From Sphagnum compactum (lineage: Eukaryota), in contig OZ234493.1 in assembly GCA_965153455.1 (NCBI GenBank), positions 10,344,213-10,408,212 on the forward strand: a stretch of DNA of 64,000 nucleotides, written 5' to 3'. The notes beneath the pieces were generated by a model. The model worked only from the letters and a program-made list of their open reading frames with translations, was not told the DNA's origin and ran no database searches. Both the position numbers and the translations under genes were made by a program. Below, piece after piece: positions 12,207 to 25,059 of the stretch; the first letter of the stretch is position 1, and every line of letters starts with the position of its first letter.

Positions 12207-15200
12207 ATTTAGACACAAAGCTGTAAGGCTGTAAGTACTTAAGTACTCCAGTTCATGACAAATACTCAGGGTTTAAAAATGAGTCCATAAAAAACTATAC
12301 GATTAGATGAAAAATAATAAGGCCCCTCATGTTTCAACTGACAGGAAAAATTATTTCACAAAAACCTCAAAGAAGTGACCCATCATGAGATGAATATAAA
12401 ATTGAAATTACGTGTCAAATATTCTTATTGGCTTGGTGACTTGGAGACTGAGACGCACTCTTTTTTTCCTTCTTTTTCCCCTCAGACCATATGATATATT
12501 TTGGTTAATTAGAGTCCTAATAGAAGCTCCAGTGGTGCTCAGTATGTGATCCTGCAAAAAGATTTCTCACATCCGAGTTGAGTTTTCTTTTTCCTTTCCA
12601 ATCCTGCCCGTAAAACCAAAACTGGGACTGCAAATAGGTGGGAGACTACTAATAGCAACCCACCTGGACCAAACGTTATGATTGGCAAATCAGAACTAAG
12701 GAGCAGCAGTCAGATCCTACTTATTACACTCTTTTTTGGCGGGTGTTAGTCTTTGCTGTGCCGTTTACCTGCCTCAACAAACTGTGATAAAATGCAGAGC
12801 CAAAACCATTTTGCTGAGACCGCTAGAGCTGCTCTAAGTATATACAGACTGCGTACCTTGTTACTTTGTTGCCATCTTTGTTTTCTTTCTTAATATCCCA
12901 AAATGCAAACTGCAACTTATACTTTTTGAAGTCTTTCCAAGCAATGGTTGTCCGACTTTAAAGTTCCAAAATGCAGGTCACATTTTGCTGCTTTGAAGGA
13001 GTTGTTTTTTTTTTTTTTTTTGCAATGAGTGCACATCTTTGGAGTCTTGAATGAAGACTGCTTTGCAAACCCTTTTGGTCATATGTTATTCCAATGACTG
13101 TCCTGCTGATGAAGGCTAGAACATAAACCAAAAAAGAAGCAGGTGATTCATTCCTGTACTGGCTTCTGCAGAGACGGACTTCAGGTATTCAGTAAGGATG
13201 TTGTCACTTGTTACCTGCCTCCATTGCTAATTGCATCTCTTGATGTGTTTTGTGTCCCGTTTGAACCATATGACATATCTTGGTCTAGCTTTCAATTTTT
13301 ATTTTTGACCTTCAATTTGGCATCCTCTTCAATTTCTTTTTGGGCCAGTCATATGAAATGCACCATTTGTCAGTCCATCACATGACATTCGTAAAAATAA
13401 AATGCTGGAAACATGTACTTACTCATAACAGCACAAACCAAGACACCTGGATGAACATGAGCAGAGTCCACAACGACAGTTCTTCCAGAGATTAAGCCAA
13501 TGCTGGAATCATGTAACTAGAAACCTCATTACAAGAAAAAGAAACAAGGATTGCCATTCATAACTATACATGATCGCTTTCCCTTCAGACAATGTACAGA
13601 TTCCTGCTTGGAGAGGAAAAGCTCAAAGTTTCTAGCACACATGTATGTCATTACAGGTTAGAAGGCCCTGGTGCAGTCTAAGAATTATTTTTTGTTGTCA
13701 ATGGATTTCTCTGCTATTTAACAATCAGTTCGCATAGGTAAGTGGTGTTCAACAAGTCTCTTCATGTGCATATGTTTGGGATTAAAACTAAACTTTACAA
13801 CCCTCTTATTGCAATCCCAATGCATCTGTCTTGTAATTTAGTCACCAACACAGTTAGCAGGCTTTCGGTGGTAGGCAATCATCAAGGTAAACCAATGTGG
13901 GTACCTCAATTCAACCTTGGGGCAGAATGGGCAACTGCTGGTATGGTTATGGTTAGTGAACCTTGGAAAGCTAGCAGCAACCCTCAGGGTGAAAACTCAG
14001 AGAACCTCCTTGATCAGCTTGTTGGCCAACTTCGAATATATTATTGTGCCAAAGCCATTCCAGCTTGCTCAAATAAGGCATGACTACCATAAGTTGGGAA
14101 CTCTTGTACATAAATGTACTGGTTTTGGTCGATTCCAGTTCTGAGCTCACCCTTGACCTTCCCCACCAGCATTTTCTTTTGTGTGAAAATTTTCAATTTT
14201 TAAAACCTGGAAACAACCCCTTCAACCTCTTAGCTCTAATTAAGGTTGTAGGATGTGACCATATTTGTCAAATTCTGTCATTCAAGATCTGATGACCGCC
14301 ACCTGAATGACCAACGGCTAGGACAAGTCACTAACAAATGTGACAAATTGCCCTTTGATTGCCACAAATTGCACCAAAATGTGACAAGGTCACCTTGTTT
14401 CACCCAGCAAACAGCTCATTTGTGTTCGTCCTTCCAATTGGGTTCCCTTTTGTTGCCATCACCACTCTTGAACCACTAATATATGACTATGACTTTTTAC
14501 ACATAGGACTCAAAATAATAATTTATGACTAAAGTCATAGATATAATCACTTAAAAGTTGTAGTCATAAATTTCCTAATTGCAAAAGATAGAGTTGCTTC
14601 TAGTGAAAAATGACATTACCCATTGTAACATATGATAAACCAACTAAAACCCAAATGAAGCTAACATGATCCTTATCAATATGAAAACAAAAAAATGCAT
14701 AAAATCAAACAAAGAAACAAAAAAAATGCATAAATGAAAACATGTAGTTCAAGCAATCCAAATTCAATGATAACATTAAAAAACCAAAAAATAATAGTTA
14801 AGGTTTGAAGAAATGGTCTTTTGATGTTCAAAATAGGTAGTAATTTATTGCATATCAATTCTTGATGCCAATCCAATCATGGATTGTTATAGACCAAAGA
14901 AATGTCTCCATTATATTATTAAAACATTGCATGTATATGCACACAACAAAATCCAAATGTGTTGTCAACCTATTTTTGAGCTTCTCTTTCATGAAGTTCA
15001 ATGTTCAAAAACATTTTTTTTCTTTATGACTACCTAAATTATTTCCAAATTGCAAGTTTAATGAGCTTTAACTCCTTAACCAATTAGTTATTACAAGCAA
15101 AGGAGCTATTACAAGTTAAATTACTCCATGTATTCAAGTGCAAGGATTGTAATCTCGAGGTCCATTCATTACATTATGGCAATTATTTTCATTGTTAACT

Positions 15201-15494
15201 TGAAAAATGATATGACTTGTTGTTCAAACAAAGCCTCATCTAGTATAGGCAAAATGAAAACATGATTAGGCGCAAGGTTTCTATCGTGATAATAATTAAT
15301 CATCTTTGAAACTACCCAATTGAGTTAAGAAAGCATTATTAGTGTGGGGTTACACCTAAAGATTAGATAACTTTGATTGCATTCATCAAGTCTTGGGCAA
15401 AGAGTTTTTGTTCTTGAGCTCTTGAATAAATTTGAGGGTGCCATTGTTGCACTATTGATTCACATCTTCAACTACTTTTAACCAATCTACCTAT

Positions 15495-16140
15495 CTCAAC
15501 CCTAACCTTAGGTTCATGACCAAGGCTAGGGCATGAGAAAGGATTCAATTTAGGAGAGTGACTTAGGATTCACACACATTTTCACAAGTGTGGGAAAGTG
15601 AAAAGGAGGTGAACCCCAAGCATTCCCAAGTGGGGATCACCTTGGGAATTGGAGTTCCAAAAAGTCTTTAAGTTTTAAGACAAAAGTGCAAATAGAAAAC
15701 CATGTTTGGAAAGTTCTTGAAGTTTACATATCAAAAGTGGGCTCACAATTTTCATTTGTCAAAAGATATGAAGCTCAAATTATGGTCAAGAAAAAGGTTA
15801 GGAATCAAATTGATTGTTTGATTTTTGACCATTAAAACTCATAAAGTAAGGGTCAAACCATCTTTAAATCAAGCATGCAATATAGTGTTGGAAATATCTT
15901 TTCAAGGGCTATAGCTTTTCCTTTTTTAAATCCTTAAAGCTCGCATGTGTTAATTATGAGCTCACAAAATCGTAGGATTCATAACTTGGGAATCATGGCA
16001 ATTTTAACAATTCCAATGTAACCCTTGCCATCAATCATAGAATATATTATAAGGTGGAAAACGATGCCTCTTCCCAAAGGTTTGGGTCATGTGAGTTAGG
16101 TGAATTTGGGTTGTTTGTGATTAAGTCCTAACACCTCTTA
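15495..16140 (+). repeat. Decayed dispersed repeat, possibly a solo LTR
   Basis: Starts CAACCCTAACCTTAGGTTCATGACCAAGGCTAGGG; a similar start recurs at ~25883 (AACCCTAACCTTGAGTT..ATGACCAAGGCCAAGG). LTR identity is an inference; TG..CA ends and a TSD were not found. Confidence 0.4.
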
Positions 16141-17934
16141 ACCACAATACACAATACTAATAATGGATTTAATATATATTTTATAGGAAGGTTGAAATTT
16201 CATGAATTGAATAGTTGTCGCAAATGGTTGCAAAAGTCCAATATAATGCATGTGTAATATGTAGACATAGGTGACAACATGAGTTATAAATCAAAATTTC
16301 ATTGCCATTTTGTTACAATTGTGAAATAGAATTTACAAAGAATCCACATGATTATTGATTTAGAAGGTTGAATAAAATGGGATAAATATGTCACAAACAT
16401 TACATTTGAATCTTTGTCTTGTAAGTATTAGCATTGAAAATATTTTGGTTTTCAAATATATATTGGGTGAAAGCACATTAAGGTGTCTAATTTATAGCAA
16501 TTGAAAGTTCATACCTAGTATATTTGAAAATTGGATTAACATATGAATATTTATATGTAATTGAAATTAACATTTTTTTCCATTGCCAATTTCAAATCAT
16601 GATGTTATAAAAACATTCTAAAATTTCATAAAAGATTTAGTTCATGGAAATAATCATTTTTACCCTTAAAAGAACTTTTTTAATAATTATATTTTTGATA
16701 TTTTGAAATTTCCATAACACAAATTAACTCATATTCCACTCATTCAATGTTTTGTTTTTTTTTTTTTAAACATCAATCATGCAATATTTCAAAGTTTCAA
16801 ATACATTGCAAAACAAAAAGTTCATTCATTCTACAATATTCTAAAATTATAAGTAGTTTTTCTTTGTTGGGTAACTTTTGAACCTTACCATGGTAATTTG
16901 AGCCATGGTGGATAGTTACAAAGGTAAAGTTGAAAAGTCTAAAAAGGCTGAAACCAAGGAGGATTGTTCAACACCAAGCTTCTAAGTGTTAAGAAACCAA
17001 AAATAATAATGCCTTGAATAATAAAGTTCATTTGGAAGAGATTTAACATGCTAAAATCTTGGTGTCACAATGAATTTAATAATTAAATTCTTTGACCATT
17101 TCAAATATCATTTGTACCTACCAAGTTAGGCATTGTTGCCTAATGTTTATTAAATAATGAAGGAGTATATTAGGCAAATGAATTTGAAATTTCAGTGGAA
17201 TTAGACCTTTAGGTTTTTTTTTCTTTAATTAAGCTAATCAACACGTGGGACTTAGAGTTTTAGGGTGCACTTTATACTTGAGCTTTTTCATCCGTGTATT
17301 GAAGGTATGACAAACAACTTTCAAGCATTGTTATTGTCATGAATGGTGTTTGGTGATCCTTTTTTGTTTAGTTTAAAAATTTGTGCTCATATGGTGTTAT
17401 TTTTGGTAAATATATAATATTTTAGGACTCATTCTTAAGCTGTCAATGCCAACCATTCATGCGTTGTTCATGCTTTGAAAAAACTATAGTTTATTATGGT
17501 TTTTTCAAATAAATAAATTAAGCAATTTCTAAACATATTTTTCAAAAATTAAGGAAGACAGACAAGGGTTTTTTTTTCCAATTTTATGAGGTAGGTGGAC
17601 TAGTGATCATGCACAATAAGACTTTGCCAAATTTGGCAATAGGCAGAGAAGAAAGTGGAAAGCTTTTGGGAACCCGTTACCTTGCTATACTTTGGCAACA
17701 TTCTAACCTATGGTCTAAATCTAGCAATTTCAATATTTTTCCCTCAAAATAAAAAAAATCCTTTGTAGAAATCATATTTGTCCCAAGGCCATGAAAATTT
17801 CTCACAAAAAAATGTGGGGGCCATACTAAACCAACACCCACCAACGCACTATGCATTGGATGCATGTTATTACTTAATTGTGGATAAACTTCAACTGAGC
17901 TAATATTTGGTTTCACTTTGGTAACCAAGTTTGT

Positions 17935-18553
17935 GGGTAAATGCATACTATGATGGACCAAAAAATGCACCTAAAAAGTCCATTTCTACATTTTTTTGGT
18001 GTTATCATCACTTTTAAAATGAGCTTTCCAATTACAAATTAAGTTGTTTGCAAGAACTATGTGTTTTACATTTTTTTAATACATTATAAAACACATTCAA
18101 TGAAAACATTTGAATCAAACTCAAAAAGTACATATTGAAAAGTACTTATGAATTCTGACCTTCCAAAAAAATACTCAAATGGCCACTTTCATTAATAATG
18201 ACATCCTTAATAAGAATTTTAGTTTCCATTTTGATCATACAACTTGTAGCAAAATACTATCAAACAAATAATTTAATAATCCAAGATTTATGAATCCATT
18301 TACTATTATTTAGAGACTAAATAAAGATTGTGACTAAATTTAAGACATAAATTTAAAAGTCCCCCCCTAAACCAAATAATGAACATATGGTTTTTCTTTT
18401 TTAATATGTTATTTCTACGATATAGATAATATATGTGAGTCCCTTCTTTCAAAAAAATTTTAAAAATTCGAACTTTAAAAAAATCATGTAGTTAGAGGGT
18501 TAAGAATTTTACACTATGACACAAAAAACGGACACTGTAATATGCATTTACCA
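17935..18553. mobile_element. Non-autonomous TIR element inserted in MITE A
   Basis: TIR GGGTAAATGCATACTA / TAATATGCATTTACCA; TGT on both sides, present once at the equivalent site of the uninterrupted copy. Confidence 0.75.
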
Positions 18554-18635
18554 TGTTGGAAATAGATTTCATACATAGGTAGGTACTTACTTGAAAATAG
18601 GTAACTACTAAGTAAGTAGATGGTTTATACATATT

Positions 18636-19049
18636 AGATTTATCCGTAAAGTAACCTTGTTTTCACCTTGTCTTTGGGCCTCCTTGCACCCTCTATCCCT
18701 TCTTTTGGTGGTATCCACAAAGTAAAAACATTTTATTGAATCTTAATATGAAATGTTACAACTCAATGTGAAATGTTGAAACTCAACATTTAATGCACAA
18801 GGTTTGGGATTAATTATAATAGTTGTATAATTATGAATAGGGAAATATATGTAGCAACAGTGGAAGCGTTCATTAAAAAAGAAAGACAGGATGAAACTCA
18901 ATTTACCACCAAAATTCATGATTTCCTGAATTTCATACCCCATTGAATGTTAATATACTTTTCTTTAGGTTTTTTTTAATCTCACCCTATGTATGACCAA
19001 ACTCAGGGTTCTAGTGGTGTTGTGTGTTTTTTACTTTACAAATAAATTT
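18636..19049. mobile_element. MITE family C, copy 2, nested in MITE A
   Basis: TIR AGATTTATCCGTAAAGTAA / TTACTTTACAAATAAATTT; ATT at 18633-18635 and 19050-19052. Confidence 0.85.
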
Positions 19050-20007
19050 ATTATAAGGGTTGTTTTTACTACCTACCTATTAACAACCTGCTTGTGGTTA
19101 TTAGTAGGTAGGTTTAAAAAAACAATTGAGCTAATCACCATGGTTAGCTAAGGAATTGAAAGCCAATAGAAAATTGTTTCTTAACCTTTTACCATTCATC
19201 CTTCATGGTGCCCTGGTGGGTGCTGGTTCAATCTAGCCTTTAAGTGTTTTGACAAGACTTGGGAAATAATTAAGTAATTTGTGCTAAAGTTGGTATGTAT
19301 GTTAGGTGATGCTACAATGGGCCTAGGAGAGGTTTTATTAGTTGAGGTGATATCTTCAATGGGTTGTTCTACTCCTCTTGTGGCTGGGGTTTCTCATGTT
19401 CTAGTTTTCTTCACAATGAAATTTTTCATTGTGCCAAAAACAAATTAAATCTACATCATAGTATTGTACTTTATCTATGCACTTATGGTACACACACAAA
19501 TAAACAAGAAGTAAAGAAAAATAGTTTGATTACAAATAATTAATAATAATGAAGTTGTACCTTTGTAAGTGTTTAAATAACAAACCCCTTGAAAATCTTC
19601 AACTTTTTATCTTTACATTTTTATCACAATAGTTATGACTAGTATTGGGATCAACCTTTTTTAAGGATTTTGAAATTTTTAGTGGGTGGCTTTTAGAAAT
19701 ATAATTGTAATGCATATTTGGTGATGTTCCAAATATTGTATTATGGAACTTTTGGCTTTAAAAAATTCAATAAATAGAAAATTGGCTATGCGAAATTATA
19801 AAAAATCATTACAAGTTGGCAACATATGGAAATTTACACTAGTAAAAATTGGCAATATGTACAAATGATAATCTAGAATCTAGCCATGGAGCCCATTTAT
19901 TACATAGTTTTATGGCCATACATTCTGTAATATGGAATTATCATGTGCTAAAATCTTTAAGACTACATAAAAGAAACATTTTTCATCGTTAGATGGTTGT
20001 TTCATAA

Positions 20008-21480
20008 TAGGACTTCGAACTTAGGACATAAGATTTAGGAGTTAGAACGCATTACCCAAACACACACAAAGATTCAAATATAGTGTACACACACAATGGA
20101 CATACATATGACACAAGCTCAAACTCAAACATTGGACAATGGATAATACATATGACAACTCAAGATTAAAACTAAAACTAAAACTCAGACCAAGACTCAA
20201 AGAGATATAAAAACCTTCAAAGTTCAAACAAACTTAAACAAATAGACCTTCAACGTTCAAATAGACAAATAGACCTTCAACGTTCAAACAGACAAATAGA
20301 CCTTCAAAATTTAAACATAATTATATAAAATTGTAGCAAATATATAAAATTTCAAAATTCAAACAAAGTTAAATAAACATAAAAACTTCAAAAGTTCAAA
20401 TAGACTCCAACAAACACAAACTCAAATGGACTTAAACAAAGATAGACGCGGGCAAATTCAAATAAACAAACACCCAAACAAACTCAAACAGAAATAGATT
20501 AAGACATATCACGAAAACATATTTAAATAGACTTATATAAAGACTTAGACATACACAAAATTCAAACAAAGACAAACTCAAACTCAAACAAACTCAAGCA
20601 TACATATTCATATAGACTCAAGTAAAAATAGACTCAAATAAACAGATTGAATGGCAAACCTTAAATATACAAACCTTCAAATTCAAACATAATGGCAACA
20701 TGTTCAACTTCTAAGTCAACGTAATGTTGCAACTTCTTTAGTAAAAATTACCCAACTTTGGCTTAAAGTAATCATTATTGAAATGGAACCCTAATCCATT
20801 TCCATTAGAATTTAATTCAAACATCACCTAGGTTTTTGCTCCTTCTAATCATTGTAACATGCATCATATGAGAAGGTATTCTTAGTGTAGAAAGTCTAGG
20901 AATACATCCCAACAACAATGTGTATATTTTCATTGAGGCAACTTTTCAACTTCAATTTCATGAAAGAAAGGGTGGAAAATGTATGTTTATCTTCCACTAA
21001 CCATAGCACTTGGATCATTGCAATTTCTACTAGTTTGAAAAAATTTAGGAATGAATGCCTTAAGATGCATGAAACTTCCAATGTCCACCAAAGTTGTGTC
21101 AAAGGATTGAAATGAAATGGAGCCTCCATTGCAGCAACAACATTGAACGTCATGGTAATCTTGAATATGTTAGACTACATCTCTAAACCACATGTGGATA
21201 AAATGGATTGACAAATCTTAGCAACTTCCCAAAATGTACTTGAGTTCGAAAGTTTGATAGGTTCCAAATGTCACTTAGTGCAATAATGTGACTTGATCAA
21301 CTCCAAATGATAATTAAAATTCTCCTACACATCACCTTGAAGCCAATACTATGGATAACAAATTCCCGTAATGTCCATGATATAAGATGTTGGAAACCTT
21401 GAAGTTAATTCCAAAGTCAGTGTTTCTATTGCAGTTACAAATAAAGTCATTCAAAAGACATGTGATTACAAAACACTAAG
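20008..21480 (-). mobile_element. hAT transposon remnant: decayed transposase C-terminus (dimerisation domain) and repetitive subterminal region
   Basis: ORF 20896-21153 (-) LVEIAMIQVLWLVEDKHTFSTLSFMKLKLKSCL resembles the hAT dimerisation motif SVExERxFSxxxxxKxKLRNRL. 20040-20700 consists of AAACAAACTC / AGACCTTCAA subrepeats. Boundaries are approximate. Confidence 0.75.
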
Positions 21481-22935
21481 GGAGCAATCACCACTTTGAA
21501 GATAACCAAATTTTTAATTACTCTTGTATGGTGGATTACAAAATAGATGAAAACATGCCAACTCATTAATATCTATTGTTGATGAATGTTTATTGCAAAT
21601 TCCCACAACAAACCAACAATAGGACGGGGGAGGGTCCAACCAAACATCTTTCATCATTGAGAGGGAAATTATGCCTACTTATAGGTGTAAGACCTGTCCC
21701 ATTATTGAGGAGTAGGCATAAGAACCCTCCCATTCATACACCTCGTGATCTACATACATTTGGTTCATGATAAATTTGCCTTGTGCTTTACACTAGGTAA
21801 AGCCCATGGTGTGGGGCATACCCAAAATGTGGGGCCAAACTCAGCTATTACCTCATCCTAGGCCCCTTATTTTGAGAATGCCCCCCACCCTAGGGCTTTA
21901 CCCTACACAGAAGGGGTCCTCCAGAGACACTAGGAATCGTTTGCATCATAAGAGAACTTTTTGGCGTTGACAACTTAAAGCAAGTGCCTGCAAGAAGAAG
22001 GGGATGGTGGATGAGGGGAGAGAGAGAGAGAGGTTTCGTTAAGGGGGAATGGGGGTGCGAAGAAAAGCACGACATAACCCTTCTTTTGCTCCAGGGAATC
22101 CGGATGTCGATGAAGGTTTCAGGAGCACGTTATGGCTCTGCACCGCTATTTGACCGACCGACCACCCAACTAACTCGCATAGAATGGTCGGTCGATGGCT
22201 CGGCCACTGAAGTTAAGATCGCAGTGGCAGCAAAATTTCTCTGGCAATTTTCAAAATGGGTTTTGTTTAGTCAGCGACCGAACGATGGCAACTACAAGTT
22301 GCTGTAGCTCTAGCCACCAGCAGCTAGTCTGCAGCACAATGTGCATTTTCCTCAGCGAAGGAGGCAGTCAGTAGTAGTGTGGGACCAACTGAAAGTCGGT
22401 GGCTGGACCCACGTCTTTATGTACTTACCAGGACACTCTTCGCTGAGGAAAACGGGTGGATGTGTCCCGGCTTATAAGCGCCTGCTCAAAACCAAACGCT
22501 CATTTTCACGTTGCAAACTGTTTCTTTCGCATGATGATTCGTGTCTAGCACCATGCAATGATGGGATTGCATTGTGTTTGTTGACCATTTATATGACTGC
22601 TTGCATTGATGGGATCTCAATTCTCTCACTCGTTGTTTGGGGGCGCAGCCATCATCACCTTGATAGGTACTTTTAGAGTCGACTCTTAAGACTCAAGAGT
22701 GATATTAAGAGTGATGATATTACCAATCCAGCAAGATTACTCACCAGGCTACTCATCATTTCTCCCTTCTTATTAACAACACTGCTTCTTGTTGGATCAT
22801 GAATGATCCAGTTTTTATGATCAGTTGTTCCCGGCATGCACAAAGCTAGCTTCTCAATTTTCTGTGAAAGAAAGCAAAAGGTACCTAATTCTTAAACTCA
22901 TTGTGACACCGGCCTAAATTCACAAGTTGTAGTTC

Positions 22936-23070
22936 AATCAAGTACCCTACCTGCCTATCAACCCTAAACCCTAAATCCTACTTGATAGGCAGGTTGGGTA
23001 CTTGATTAAATTCCCTTGTCTTTAATTTAGGGTTTAGGGTTTAGATGGGCCTAAATTAAAGACAAGGGAA
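22936..23070. repeat. Two adjacent inverted repeats whose loops are telomeric repeats (CCCTAAA / TTTAGGG)
   Basis: Stem 1: 22936-22961 with 22982-23007 (25/26 bp), loop CCCTAAACCCTAAATCCTAC. Stem 2: 23011-23031 with 23050-23070 (21/21 bp), loop GTTTAGGGTTTAGATGGG. Confidence 0.92.
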
Positions 23071-23106
23071 AGTGCCTAATAGTTGTCCATTTATCCCAGC
23101 ATTTGT

Positions 23107-23488
23107 GGCCACTGTGAACCAGCACCCACCAGTGCACCATGAAGGATGAATGGTAAGAGGTCAGGAAACAGTTTTCTGTTGGCTTTCAGTTCCCTAGCTA
23201 ACCATGGTGGTTAGTTCAGTTTCTTTTTTTTAACCTACCTACTAACAACCCACAAGCAGGTTGTTAGTAGGTAGGTAGTAAAAAAACAGCCCTTACAATA
23301 TGTTTAAACCATCTATTACCTAGAAGTTACCTATTTTCCTACCTACCTACCTATGTATGAGACCTATTTCCTACAGAATTGGTTACCAAGGTGAAACCAA
23401 ATTTGAGCTCAGTTGAGGTTCATCCACAACTGAGTAATAACAGGCATCCAATGGATGGTGCACTGGTGGGCGCTGGTTCACTGTGGCT
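23107..23488. mobile_element. MITE family A, uninterrupted copy
   Basis: ~34-bp TIR GGCCACTGTGAACCAGCACCCACCAGTGCACCAT / ATGGTGCACTGGTGGGCGCTGGTTCACTGTGGCT; TACC/GGTA-rich interior; related copies at ~3632-3985 and 17819-19238. Confidence 0.85.
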
Positions 23489-24965
23489 GCACTTAAGGTA
23501 CTTTTGTTCATTAGAGAACTTTTGGACCATCCTCACACATCTAACCCATGCAACACTTCCTTAATCACTATAATGTAGATTTGATATGCAATAGGATGAA
23601 GAAATGTTGGTTTGGTGTAAGTAGTTGTAATACATCAAATGTTGAGCAATTGTAGTACAATTGAGAGAGGTAATGCCCAAGTCCTCTTGAAAATGCATTA
23701 GTGGCATGGAAGTAGATACACTTGCTCACTTGTTTGTATTCTACAAAGGTCAAAAGCTTAGGAGGTTTTGGAATGGAGCAACCTTGGAAGTAATTAGTTA
23801 TGTCAACTTTGGTTAATTGGGTATGTACTCCTTCAATTAATGAAAGGAGCAAGAGCCCTAAGAGCTATAATTTTTGCAAATAATTCACATGTAGAATAGT
23901 ATAGCTAACGTGTATTCAATGGTAGTCACCACATATTGACAAATTTCAAAATTGTAGAATGTAGTATAAAAAATTGTTTGAGAACCCATGTGTACTAACT
24001 ATGTTCTTATTTTGGTAACATGATTTTTGAGAAAAAAAAGAAAATTCTAATGTGGTACAACTTGGGCACAATTTTAAATTCAATAATAACAAAAAAAATT
24101 GGCATCTTTTCTAGACTTTGAACCTTTAGAAGAATGAGACATTTTTAAGCAATTTCTATTTCTTCCTTTTACAAAAATGGGGCGACATAATGTTCCACCA
24201 AAATATAGAATAGAAAAATGTTGTCAATTATTGGATACTTGTTTTGTAATGGTGGACTAGCTTGAAGCAAGAAGCTCTTGGGTTTCACCAATTTTTGTAT
24301 TTTCCTTCCCTAATAATTTCTTTAAATTTTCACATTTCAAAAAAATACTTTTTAAATAATCAACAATTCCAAAATAATTTAATTACCAATGAACCTAAAA
24401 AGGTACTACAATAACAGATTTATTAAAATATCCAAAAACACTACTATGAATACTACGTAATCGTCATGTTTGAATGTATTAATGTACAAAATCAATACAA
24501 TTTTTAAACACACTAAATCCTAATGTTGGCCTTTCACCCTTCAATTATCTTTGGAAACCCCCACAACATTTCAATAAATAAATTTTAAAATAGAAAAATC
24601 TAAAGCATAAGGTTAAAGTGTAAACCTTAAATAATACATTGTTGCAAAAGATTTAACATGAAAAATAAAAATTAAAAAACCAAATGCAAGTATGAACAGA
24701 ACCTGATCTAGAAACAAACTTTTGGTGGTGATTTTAATGTTAGAGGTATAACAAAATAAGTTGGATTGTAAATGGGCCTTATACGGCATGGTTTTTTAAT
24801 CCTAGATGGGTTCATTTTAGAACCAATGACATGGTAAAAAGTATATGTGAAAACACAACATTCAATCCTAAAATCATGAAACAAAGTTGGAAGTAACTTT
24901 GTTCAAGCCAATTCAATTTTTCAGTCATGTATTTCAAAAGTGTCTAATTTGAAGTTGACAATCTA

Positions 24966-25059
24966 GGGTGCACAAGGGGAAGGCAATGAAAAAAAAAGGT
25001 GCATGCATGGGTGTTGTTGGCATACCGCTCTTCTCCTGCGCATTGCCCCTTGTGCACCC
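24966..25059. repeat. 94-bp fold-back mini-element
   Basis: GGGTGCACAAGGGG..GGCAATG paired with CATTGCCCCTTGTGCACCC. Confidence 0.65.

Larger units (their letters stand above)
17819..19238. mobile_element. MITE family A copy (reverse orientation) interrupted by two insertions
   Basis: Segments 17819-17934, 18554-18635 and 19050-19238 join into the reverse complement of 23107-23488. Confidence 0.85.

Noticed and set aside
22421..22440. U1 snRNA-like 5' end (TACTTACCAGG)
   Set aside because: The similarity stops after ~10 nt; it is simply the complement of a splice donor.
22936..23070. Telomerase RNA gene (template CTAAACCCT present)
   Set aside because: The motif sits in a hairpin loop with its complement downstream. 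I could not find the G-rich 5' / C-rich 3' closing stem or a USE+TATA Pol III promoter expected of land-plant telomerase RNAs.
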